From NCBI GenBank assembly GCA_016783245.1, contig JADHWY010000001.1:38007-102006 (forward strand): a stretch of DNA of 64,000 nt. Direction: 5' to 3'. The stretch is from Dehalococcoidales bacterium. Lineage in GTDB: Bacteria > Chloroflexota > Dehalococcoidia > Dehalococcoidales > BS750m-G39. Each line of letters opens with the position of its first letter. The first letter of the stretch is position 1. This document shows, one piece after another, positions 56,496 through 64,000 of this stretch. The translations under genes and the position numbers were made by a program. Under the pieces are notes generated by a model that searched no databases, was not told the origin of the DNA, and worked only from the letters and a program-made list of their open reading frames with translations.

Positions 56496-58625
56496 ATGAA
56501 GAAGAGCCTGGTTATAGTGGAATCGCCGGCTAAAGCCAGAACACTGACCAAGATTCTGGGTAAAGGCTATAGCCTCAAGGCTTCAATAGGACATATAAGA
56601 GACCTGCCTAAAAGCCAACTGGGTGTAGACACAGAGCACAGCTTTGCCCCTAAATATGTGATACCACGGGATAAAAGGAAAACAGTGGGAGAGCTTAAAC
56701 GGGCAGCTGAAGCAGCGTCTACCATATACCTTGCCACCGACCCAGACCGTGAGGGAGAAGCCATTTCCTGGCACTTAACCGAGGCAACCAGGACCAAAGG
56801 GGTACCCTACCGCCGTGTCGTCTTCCATGAGCTAACTAAGGAGGCTATCAAGCGTGCTTTCAAGCATCCCCGCTCTATAGATATGCAGCTGGTTAACGCC
56901 CAGCAGGCGCGACGCATTCTGGATAGGCTGGTGGGCTACAAGATAAGTCCCCTATTGTGGCGAAATGTGAGGAGAGGGCTTTCGGCAGGCAGGGTGCAAT
57001 CAGTAACATTAAGGATTATTGTTGACCGGGAGCGAGAGATTGAGAAATTCGTCCCCGTAGAGTATTGGTCTATCGAGGCAGAACTGACCAGGAAAGCACC
57101 CCCTGAGACACCAGCCTTCCGAGCGATGCTGGTCGGTCTTGCCGATGGCACCAAGCTGGACATCCGCAATGAAAAAGAGGCGGCCGATTTCCGTGCTGAA
57201 CTTGAGCAGGCTGCCTACAATGTTGCCAAAGTAAAGACGAAAAAGGCGACCCGTCGACCAGCCCCACCGTTTATCACCAGCACTCTACAGCAGGAATCCT
57301 GGCGTAAGCTCCGCTTCAGTGCCAAACAAACTATGGTCATTGCCCAACAGCTCTATGAGGGTCTATCTATAGGCGATGAAGGCAGTGTGGGGCTTATCAC
57401 CTATATGCGCACTGATTCCACCCGAGTGGCTCGCTCCGCTGTAGCCGAAGCCAGGGAATTCATCGTTGATAGATATGGCTCTCAATTTATTCCACCACGC
57501 GCCCGCTCCTTCGCCACCACGGTAAAAGGGGCGCAGGAAGCTCATGAAGCTATCCGTCCCACCAAGGTGTGGCGAGAGCCGTCCCTGATTAAACCCTACC
57601 TTAATAGAACTCAGTTCAAGCTATATGAGCTTATCTGGAAACGAATGGTGGCCAGCCAGATGGCAGCGGCTCTATTTGATAATACCACCGTTGATATCGA
57701 AGCCAAGCGCCCGCGTTCCAGAACTAAATACCTTTTCAGAACCACGACCTCTGTTATCACATTTCCTGGCTTTATGACCCTTTATATTGAGGGACTGGAT
57801 GAAGGCGAAGAGGAAGGCAGGAAAAAGTCCCTGCTCCCCAATCTGGAAAAGGGCGATGAGCTTAATCTGCTTGAGCTTTTCCCTGAGCAGCACTTTACCC
57901 AACCCCCACCCCGTTTCACCGAAGCCACACTGGTTAAGACCCTGGAGCAATGGGGTATCGGACGCCCCAGCACCTATGCCCCCATCCTCTCCACCATTCA
58001 GGAGCGGGAGTATGTTACTAAAACTAAAGGGGGGTTTCAGCCCACGGAACTGGGATGCGTGGTCAATGACCTGCTGGTCGAGCACTTCTCCGACATTGTT
58101 GATATCGAGTTCACCGCCCGTATGGAGAAGGAGCTGGACGAGATAGCTAATGATAACAGAGACTGGGTGGGCGTAATCCGGGATTTCTATACACCCTTTG
58201 ATAAGAGTCTCACGGATGCCTCCCAGCTTATGGAGAGGGTAAAGTTAGCCGACGAACTGGTTGAGGAAACCTGCCCTCAATGCGGCAAACCCCTGGCTAT
58301 CAAGAGGGGGCGTTATGGGAAGTTTCTCGCCTGCAGCGGCTATCCTGAGTGTAAATTTACCAAGCCCTATCAGATTAAGATTGGTGTTAGCTGCCCGCAG
58401 TGCGGCAGCGAGCTAATACAGAGGCTGAGCAAAAAGGGGCGCCTCTTCTATGGCTGCAGCAACTACCCCGACTGCCGGTTCGCCAGCAATTTCAGACCCC
58501 TCCCCGACCCCTGCCCCACCTGCGGCGGACTGCTAACCCTGTACCGGGAGAGGTGGGCAAAGTGCACCAAGTGCCGCTATAGGGGGAAGATAGAGGAATC
58601 AGAAACGACCACAGAAACTAAATAG
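56496..58625 (+). CDS. topA: DNA topoisomerase I
   Basis: Toprim N-terminus (LVIVESPAKA, DPDREGE), catalytic Tyr region (GLITYMRTDS), C-terminal tandem Cys4 zinc ribbons. Confidence 0.95.
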   Translation: MKKSLVIVESPAKARTLTKILGKGYSLKASIGHIRDLPKSQLGVDTEHSFAPKYVIPRDKRKTVGELKRAAEAASTIYLATDPDREGEAISWHLTEATRTKGVPYRRVVFHELTKEAIKRAFKHPRSIDMQLVNAQQARRILDRLVGYKISPLLWRNVRRGLSAGRVQSVTLRIIVDREREIEKFVPVEYWSIEAELTRKAPPETPAFRAMLVGLADGTKLDIRNEKEAADFRAELEQAAYNVAKVKTKKATRRPAPPFITSTLQQESWRKLRFSAKQTMVIAQQLYEGLSIGDEGSVGLITYMRTDSTRVARSAVAEAREFIVDRYGSQFIPPRARSFATTVKGAQEAHEAIRPTKVWREPSLIKPYLNRTQFKLYELIWKRMVASQMAAALFDNTTVDIEAKRPRSRTKYLFRTTTSVITFPGFMTLYIEGLDEGEEEGRKKSLLPNLEKGDELNLLELFPEQHFTQPPPRFTEATLVKTLEQWGIGRPSTYAPILSTIQEREYVTKTKGGFQPTELGCVVNDLLVEHFSDIVDIEFTARMEKELDEIANDNRDWVGVIRDFYTPFDKSLTDASQLMERVKLADELVEETCPQCGKPLAIKRGRYGKFLACSGYPECKFTKPYQIKIGVSCPQCGSELIQRLSKKGRLFYGCSNYPDCRFASNFRPLPDPCPTCGGLLTLYRERWAKCTKCRYRGKIEESETTTETK

Positions 58626-58698
58626 ATAATATCCCCCGCTCATACTCTGCCGCAAGCCCCCTAATTTCCGCATTATCCTCGAATAATGGTAAATAACC

Positions 58699-58739
58699 TT
58701 GACATTTACCAATTATTGTGCTATATCTATATATAGATA
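58699..58739 (+). promoter_or_regulatory. cassette promoter (TTGACA-17-TATATC) overlapped by a perfect 16-bp palindrome
   Basis: -35 at 58699-58704 and -10 at 58722-58727. The palindrome TATCTATATATAGATA at 58724-58739 overlaps the -10 and the start site. Confidence 0.6.
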
Positions 58740-58766
58740 AGAGAATATATCATCGAGGAGGCTTCA

Positions 58767-58994
58767 ATGAATGAAATAAATAATGAAACCCCGGAAGAGC
58801 GATTCAAAAGAATCGCTACATTGAGAACTAATACAGTCTTAGATAGAATCAGGATACTGGGTAATCTCTCCAATAAAAAGATGTACAGCCACTCAGAAGA
58901 AGATATAGACAAAATCTTCTCAGCTATAACTAAACAGCTTAGGGAAGTCAGAGCAAAGTTTAACTCTCAGAAACAAAAAAGGTTTAAACTATAA
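58767..58994 (+). CDS. cassette gene A: 75-aa predicted all-helical basic protein, unknown family
   Basis: SD GAGGAGG 6 nt upstream. AT-rich codon usage unlike the flanks. Heptad-like pattern ERFKRIATLRTNTVLDRIRILGNLSN. Confidence 0.65.
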   Translation: MNEINNETPEERFKRIATLRTNTVLDRIRILGNLSNKKMYSHSEEDIDKIFSAITKQLREVRAKFNSQKQKRFKL

Positions 58995-59009
58995 AAAGGG
59001 AGGGGTAAA

Positions 59010-60827
59010 ATGAAGAAGAGAGAGGTAAAGTTAGGATTCGCCGATGAGAATATTGCTGACCAATATCCTATTCTTCATCTTAGTGAGGGTCTCCAAAAAG
59101 ATGCCGGACAGAACTCGTGGGACGCGAAAGTGACTAGAAAGGGAAAAGCCTGGAAATTGGTGTTTAGGTATATTCCTCAATTAAATAGCCTAACCATAGA
59201 AGACTTTGGAACCCTCGGAATGAATGCAAAAAGATGGAAGGAGTACCAGAGCTTGTGGGACACAACCAAAGCTGAAGAACCAACATTAGGAGCTCGCGGG
59301 CAAGGAAAGTTCTTATTTCATTACTTTGCTAAAAACAAGCTTGTTCTGACCGAAAGCATTGACGAGGAGAAAAATTATCGTTTCTCGTTTGGCACTAGTG
59401 AAGAATATGACGATGAAAACAAAAAACTAGAGGATTTTATTCCCAATGCAAAACCGCTAGACCACCAAGGAACACGTATCTGGATTATGGATTTAAAACA
59501 AGAACTCAGGGATGAACTACTTGACTATAAAGCATTTATGAATTATATCGCAGCAACTTGGTGGGAAATTATTAGGAATTGGAATGCTACCTTTATTGTT
59601 AACTTTAACGGTACTGACCACAAAGTAGTGCTTCCTGAATTACCAGTTGCCGAAAAAGAAAAGGTATTCCCTAACGAGAAGATTATTGACTTGGGCAGAG
59701 TAAAGAAGCTCGTGTTACGATATTGCAAAAACGAAGCGCCTGAACTTTATAGAGGTATAGCGGTGCAAAGAGGGGGAATGACCATTCTCAGGCTCCCTGT
59801 TTCTGCTGAGGAAACGATTAAAAATAAGATTTACGGATATTGCACTTTCGACGAAGATTTGGAATCGGAACTAAAGAAGGTGGAACTTCCAAATCACTTT
59901 GGTTTTAGCCCCAAAAGAGCTTGGAACCATACTAAGGAATATATTAGAAGAAAATCAGATGCGTTCATTCAAGAGGTTAGCCCGGCAAAAAAGAAGAAAG
60001 AGATAAACCTACCGCAAGATTTGATAGAAAGAGCAGTCCGCATCGTAAATGACCTAGTCAGAGAATACGCTCCAGAACTAGCTGCAGAAGTAACTGGATC
60101 AGGTGGGAAAAAGCCAGACACTAAGAAGCACAGAGAACGAAAATCACCTCCTCCAATACGAATCGATACATTTAGAGGTAACGCTAGGAAATTGGAATAT
60201 GACGAATCTCTTATAACAGAGTGTGAGCTTGTTAATGGTACTGATAATGCAGCAAAATTACAGCTAAAGATAGAGGTTAGACATGAGGAAGGTGACTTGA
60301 AGTTTAACCCAAGATATACAATCGTCCTTGATAGCAACAAGAGAGAAAGGATTGATATACCCCTTGTTGACTTCCAAGAAGGCATTGACAAGCCTGGTGA
60401 ATATCGAGCAACTGCTATCTTGGAAGACGGAGAGGGAAAAGAACCTCATAGACGCTCATTTACCTTTTATTTGCATGAAGAGCCTCCACCTCCAAGAGGA
60501 AGGGTATTCCTAAGCACCATGAGGTTTTTGTATGGCAAAGGTAAACCTTTTGAGAGAAGCAAGCAGTTACCATTAACAGATAAAGCGGTTCTCTACATTA
60601 TTTTCGACCACCTTGATTTTGCACATGTGAGGGAGGTAAGAAGCTCCAAGAAAGCCCAGAAGCAAGAGGTATTTCTTTACTCGATTAAGTGCGGTATAGA
60701 TGAAGCCGTACAGAAATTGCTTGAATTCAGGTATAATGAAGGTCAGTTAGATACAGATGAGATAAGAGTAATTAAAGATAAGTGTGATGCAATGTATTAT
60801 GACGCAGTATCGAGTCCCATGGCATAA
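59010..60827 (+). CDS. cassette gene B: 605-aa protein with N-terminal GHKL (Bergerat-fold) ATPase-like motifs and an uncharacterised C-terminal two-thirds
   Basis: SD AGGGAGGGG upstream. N-box-like DAGQNSWDA (N35), G1-like EDFGTLGM (D65), G2 GARGQG (94-99). The spacing resembles MutL/MORC. A lysine-rich linker and PPPP-flanked beta-rich segment follow. Confidence 0.7.
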   Translation: MKKREVKLGFADENIADQYPILHLSEGLQKDAGQNSWDAKVTRKGKAWKLVFRYIPQLNSLTIEDFGTLGMNAKRWKEYQSLWDTTKAEEPTLGARGQGKFLFHYFAKNKLVLTESIDEEKNYRFSFGTSEEYDDENKKLEDFIPNAKPLDHQGTRIWIMDLKQELRDELLDYKAFMNYIAATWWEIIRNWNATFIVNFNGTDHKVVLPELPVAEKEKVFPNEKIIDLGRVKKLVLRYCKNEAPELYRGIAVQRGGMTILRLPVSAEETIKNKIYGYCTFDEDLESELKKVELPNHFGFSPKRAWNHTKEYIRRKSDAFIQEVSPAKKKKEINLPQDLIERAVRIVNDLVREYAPELAAEVTGSGGKKPDTKKHRERKSPPPIRIDTFRGNARKLEYDESLITECELVNGTDNAAKLQLKIEVRHEEGDLKFNPRYTIVLDSNKRERIDIPLVDFQEGIDKPGEYRATAILEDGEGKEPHRRSFTFYLHEEPPPPRGRVFLSTMRFLYGKGKPFERSKQLPLTDKAVLYIIFDHLDFAHVREVRSSKKAQKQEVFLYSIKCGIDEAVQKLLEFRYNEGQLDTDEIRVIKDKCDAMYYDAVSSPMA

Positions 60828-60838
60828 CCCAAGAAAAA

Positions 60839-61447
60839 TTGACAAGGGAAGTTAGGACTATGGTAAAGAGGAAAAGGGAGAGTATAGTAAGAAGAGATAC
60901 AATCCAATGGGGCGGAAAGGAGATAGAAGTTGATATATTTGATGCGAAAGTCGTCCTAGGCAGTGGGGAAGAACTCGAAAGCATTGAGGAGTTGCTAATA
61001 GAAGAAGAAATAGAGAAGGCAATCCACGTTGCTTTAAAGGAAATAGAAACCATCGCGCAAAAATATCCCGATAAAGAGAAAAACATATGGTATTGCTATC
61101 AAGTGGGCAAGGTGCTTCAGTTTGTAGATACCAAGGGCTTTATTGATAGGAGAGGGCTTATCTGGCGCAGAATGGCATACGACCTTCGTCCAGATTTGTT
61201 TGGTGGCAAGAAGAAAAACGCTGACGAGTCAAAAAGGTATCCAGAAATCATATATCACTTGGGGAAACAAAAAAAGAAAAATTTAAAAAGGGCCAAGTTC
61301 GACCAGTGGTATGAGATATTAAAATTTAAACGGATATATGAGGGAAAAGATAACGAGTTGCTGGAGCAAATTTTAGCTGAATGCGAGTCCAAAAACTTAT
61401 CCAGTGTTCAATTACGCCAAAGAATTAAGGAGCTCCAGCAGGAATAA
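60839..61447 (+). CDS. cassette gene C: ~200-aa lysine-rich helical protein, unknown family
   Basis: Same strand and composition as A and B. The start is TTG 60839 or ATG 60860. The pattern WY.YQVGK...W....Y.L...............QWYEILKF......LSSVQLRQRI weakly recalls the N-terminal helical domain of DUF1016/YhcG-type proteins (from memory only). Confidence 0.6.
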   Translation: MTREVRTMVKRKRESIVRRDTIQWGGKEIEVDIFDAKVVLGSGEELESIEELLIEEEIEKAIHVALKEIETIAQKYPDKEKNIWYCYQVGKVLQFVDTKGFIDRRGLIWRRMAYDLRPDLFGGKKKNADESKRYPEIIYHLGKQKKKNLKRAKFDQWYEILKFKRIYEGKDNELLEQILAECESKNLSSVQLRQRIKELQQE

Positions 61448-61451
61448 TCCC

Positions 61452-62384
61452 ATGCAACAAGTCTTTAATAGATACATAACCTACCTTGATGTGGAGCGGA
61501 ATGCCTCCCCCTACACCGTGCGCAACTACACCGCCGACCTGCTCGGCTCAAAGAACATCAGGGGGTTCTTCACCTTCCTCAAGGAAAAGGGGGTGAAATC
61601 GCTGGATGAGGTGGACAGGGCCGTCCTGCGCGATTATCTGGCTTACCTCATGGAGCAGGGGGTGGCTAAGGCAAGCATTGCCCGCAAGCTGTCGGCTATC
61701 CGTTCCTTCTGTCGTTACCTGCTGAGAGAGGGAATGATATCCTCAAGTCCGATAACTATCACCTCTTCACCCAAGCTGGATAAACGACTGCCATCCTTTC
61801 TCAGCATAGCGGAAATGGAGCGTCTGCTCAAAGCCCCTGATTTATCCACTCCGGTGGGGCAGCGCGACCGAGCCTTAATGGAGCTGCTTTATGCCGCCGG
61901 TATCAGGGTAAGCGAGCTGGCAAATCTGGATACAGGGCAGGTGAACCTAAACACCAACGAAATCCGCGTCTGGGGGAAAGGCTCCAAGGAACGGGTGGCG
62001 CTGATGGGTGAGCCTGCGGCTGAGGCTTTGAGCGCTTACCTCAGCCAGGGCAGGCCCAAGCTTATGGGCAAGAAAAGCGGCAGTGCCCTATTCGTCAATC
62101 GTTACGGAAAGCGCCTCACCGAGCGAAGCGTCCAAAAGATGCTGCAGAAATATGCCATCCTGGCTGGCATAGACAAGAGGATTTACCCTCATCTGCTACG
62201 CCACACCTTTGCCACCCATTTACTTGATGGCGGTGCCGATTTAAGGGTGGTTCAGGAGCTTCTGGGGCACGCCAATCTATCCTCAACCCAGATTTATATC
62301 CATGTAAGTCAGAGTCAGGCGAGAAAGGTATATCTCTCGGCTCATCCCCTGGCACAGGAGAAGGACGATGAGCTTAAAGAATAG
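61452..62384 (+). CDS. xerC: tyrosine recombinase XerC/XerD family
   Basis: FNRYITYLDVERNASPYTVRNY, RDRALMELLYAAGIRVSEL, HLLRHTFATHLL, LLGHANLSSTQIYIHV. Start set at ATG 61452, 4 nt after the stop of gene C. The track start 61404 lies inside gene C. Confidence 0.9.
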   Translation: MQQVFNRYITYLDVERNASPYTVRNYTADLLGSKNIRGFFTFLKEKGVKSLDEVDRAVLRDYLAYLMEQGVAKASIARKLSAIRSFCRYLLREGMISSSPITITSSPKLDKRLPSFLSIAEMERLLKAPDLSTPVGQRDRALMELLYAAGIRVSELANLDTGQVNLNTNEIRVWGKGSKERVALMGEPAAEALSAYLSQGRPKLMGKKSGSALFVNRYGKRLTERSVQKMLQKYAILAGIDKRIYPHLLRHTFATHLLDGGADLRVVQELLGHANLSSTQIYIHVSQSQARKVYLSAHPLAQEKDDELKE

Positions 62385-63438
62385 ACTTCGGAGGTTGCGG
62401 GAGGGCTTCGCTGACAAAGAGATTGATGCTATCTTTATCTCTCAACCGGAGAACAGACGATACCTTTCTGGATTTGATGGCTCATCAGGTTACTTGCTGA
62501 TTACAGAACAGAACGCCATCTTAGCCACCGATTTTCGCTATATCGAGCAAGCCAGGAGACAGGCACCTGGCTACGAGATTTTCCAGATAAAGGGCGCTAT
62601 CACAGACTGCTTTCCTCAGCTAATAGGTGGAATATCCTTGAGGAGATTGGGAGTGGAAGCCAGGCATATCAGGCTTTCCCTTTACCAGCGGTTATCTGAT
62701 ATACTCAGTAGAGTCCAACCCCAGTTCAGGCTTGTTCCTGTAGAGAGGCTGGTGGAATCCCTGCGGGCGATAAAAGAGCCTGCGGAAATTGACCTTATCG
62801 CCAGGGCAGCAGCAATAACCGATGCTGCTGTAGAATACATTAAAAACATAATTGACATCGGTATGACCGAGAAAAAGATAGCCTGGGAGATAGAGAAATA
62901 CATCCGGGAGAAGACTGATGGGGCTGTACCTTTTGATATTATTGTTGGCTCTGGCCCCAACTCAGCCCTGCCCCATGCTAAACCCTCGTCACGCCCAATC
63001 CAATCGGGGGAGCCGATAATAATTGATATGGGAGCCAGGGTTGGCGGCTACTCCAGTGACCTCAGTCGCACCATCTGCCTTGGCAATCCAGACGAGAACT
63101 TTACCAAGATATATGACACCGTCCTCAATGCCCAGCTGGCGGCGATAGGTGAAATTGAAGAGGGAATGACTGGCAACGAGGCTGATAAAAAGTCAAGGAT
63201 GATTATTGAGCAGGCGGGCTATGGTGAAGTCTTCGGGCACTCCCTGGGGCATGGCATCGGGCTGGCACCATATGAATCGCCGCGCCTTAGTCCCAATTCA
63301 GGGGATAAACTCGTCTCAGGCATGGTGTTTACTATTGAACCTGGCATTTACCTTCCCGATTGGGGTGGGGTGAGAATTGAGGATATGGCGGTAATGGAGG
63401 GTGGCAAGGTCAGGGTGATGTCAGACGCTAAGAAATAA
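62368..63438 (+). CDS. pepP: Xaa-Pro aminopeptidase (M24B)
   Basis: Creatinase-like N-domain, then the M24 metal-ligand pattern (DMGARVGGYSSD, HSLGHGIG, FTIEPG, IED). Confidence 0.88.
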   Translation: MSLKNRLRRLREGFADKEIDAIFISQPENRRYLSGFDGSSGYLLITEQNAILATDFRYIEQARRQAPGYEIFQIKGAITDCFPQLIGGISLRRLGVEARHIRLSLYQRLSDILSRVQPQFRLVPVERLVESLRAIKEPAEIDLIARAAAITDAAVEYIKNIIDIGMTEKKIAWEIEKYIREKTDGAVPFDIIVGSGPNSALPHAKPSSRPIQSGEPIIIDMGARVGGYSSDLSRTICLGNPDENFTKIYDTVLNAQLAAIGEIEEGMTGNEADKKSRMIIEQAGYGEVFGHSLGHGIGLAPYESPRLSPNSGDKLVSGMVFTIEPGIYLPDWGGVRIEDMAVMEGGKVRVMSDAKK

Positions 63439-63456
63439 TTGGGGGTTTAATATAAT

Positions 63457-64000
63457 ATGATAACCGTTGGTGAGCTAAGGAAAGGAATTACCCTCGAGCT
63501 GGACGGAGTGCTATATCAGGTTGTCGACTACCAGCATATCAAAATGAAGCGAACCGCCCTGATTCGCCTCAAGCTCCGCGATATCCGCGGTGGACATACC
63601 ATTGAGCGTACCTTCCAGAACACCGAGAAGTTCACTCAAGCCCGCCTCGACTATCGCGATATGCAATACCTCTATAATGAAGGACACCTGTACTACTTTA
63701 TGGATAAGGAGAACTATGAGCAGGTCTCCCTCGACCGCGAGCAACTGGGCGCCACCATCGACTACTTAAAGGACGGCATGTCCCTGCAGATATCAAGCTA
63801 TAAGGGTGAGGTGGTGGGGGTGGAGATGCCAATCACCGTTAAACTTGAAGTGGTTGATACCGGCCCCGGTTTTAAGGGAAATACAGCCACCGCCGGCAAT
63901 AAACCGGCTAAGCTGGAGACCGGCATCATCATTCAGGTGCCCCTGTTTATTAACAATGGGGATATTATCAAGGTCGATACCCGTAACGGTAGCTACCTGG
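63457..64000 (+). CDS. efp: elongation factor P (3' end beyond window)
   Basis: Not in the track because it is truncated by the window edge. MITVGELRKGITLELDGVLYQVVDYQH..., VVDTGPGFKGNTATAGNKPAKLETG, QVPLFI. The loop at residues 29-34 is atypical (see finding). Confidence 0.88.
   Translation, partial: MITVGELRKGITLELDGVLYQVVDYQHIKMKRTALIRLKLRDIRGGHTIERTFQNTEKFTQARLDYRDMQYLYNEGHLYYFMDKENYEQVSLDREQLGATIDYLKDGMSLQISSYKGEVVGVEMPITVKLEVVDTGPGFKGNTATAGNKPAKLETGIIIQVPLFINNGDIIKVDTRNGSYL

Overview
64-kb compact bacterial chromosome segment, about 50% GC judged by eye. It may come from a Chloroflexota/Dehalococcoidia-like organism. That guess is inference only, based on an archaeal-type ApgM, a short 173-aa EF-Ts, a ThrRS without a TGS domain, and a DUF5679-type mini zinc-ribbon protein.

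Most of the window is core housekeeping: mutL 3' end, lepB, ribD-ribE-ribBA-ribH, bioY, tRNA-Val, thrS, infC-rpmI-rplT, pheS-pheT, proS, ispG-rseP-dxr, cdsA-uppS-frr-pyrH-tsf-rpsB, a PiT/DUF47 pair, a cyclophilin, pgk-apgM-X-tpiA-miaA-dapF-dapL, a VOC protein, hflX, tRNA-Met, a CaCA antiporter, two tRNA-Ser, dprA-topA, xerC, pepP and the efp 5' part.

Two accessory regions stand out.

1. About 27.15-43.4 kb: an island-like block. Its left edge is a 3' integrase fragment. Its right edge is tRNA-Arg(TCT) with two tyrosine recombinases and Xis/HTH genes. It carries a LIV-type ABC transporter, two M20 amidohydrolases, a MOFRL glycerate-kinase-like gene, an enolase paralog lacking both catalytic histidines, and an SDR. 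It also shows rearrangement scars: a frameshifted duplicate of the enolase-paralog 5' end, three 19-bp direct repeats and hairpin clusters.

2. About 58.7-61.45 kb: a visibly AT-rich three-gene cassette with its own consensus promoter and a perfect palindromic operator. It sits exactly between topA and xerC. It encodes a 75-aa helical protein, a 605-aa protein with N-terminal GHKL (Bergerat-fold) ATPase motifs, and a 202-aa basic helical protein. This is my best candidate for an undescribed conflict/defence-type system.

No rRNA genes and no CRISPR array were seen. All GC statements are eye estimates. No database search was possible.
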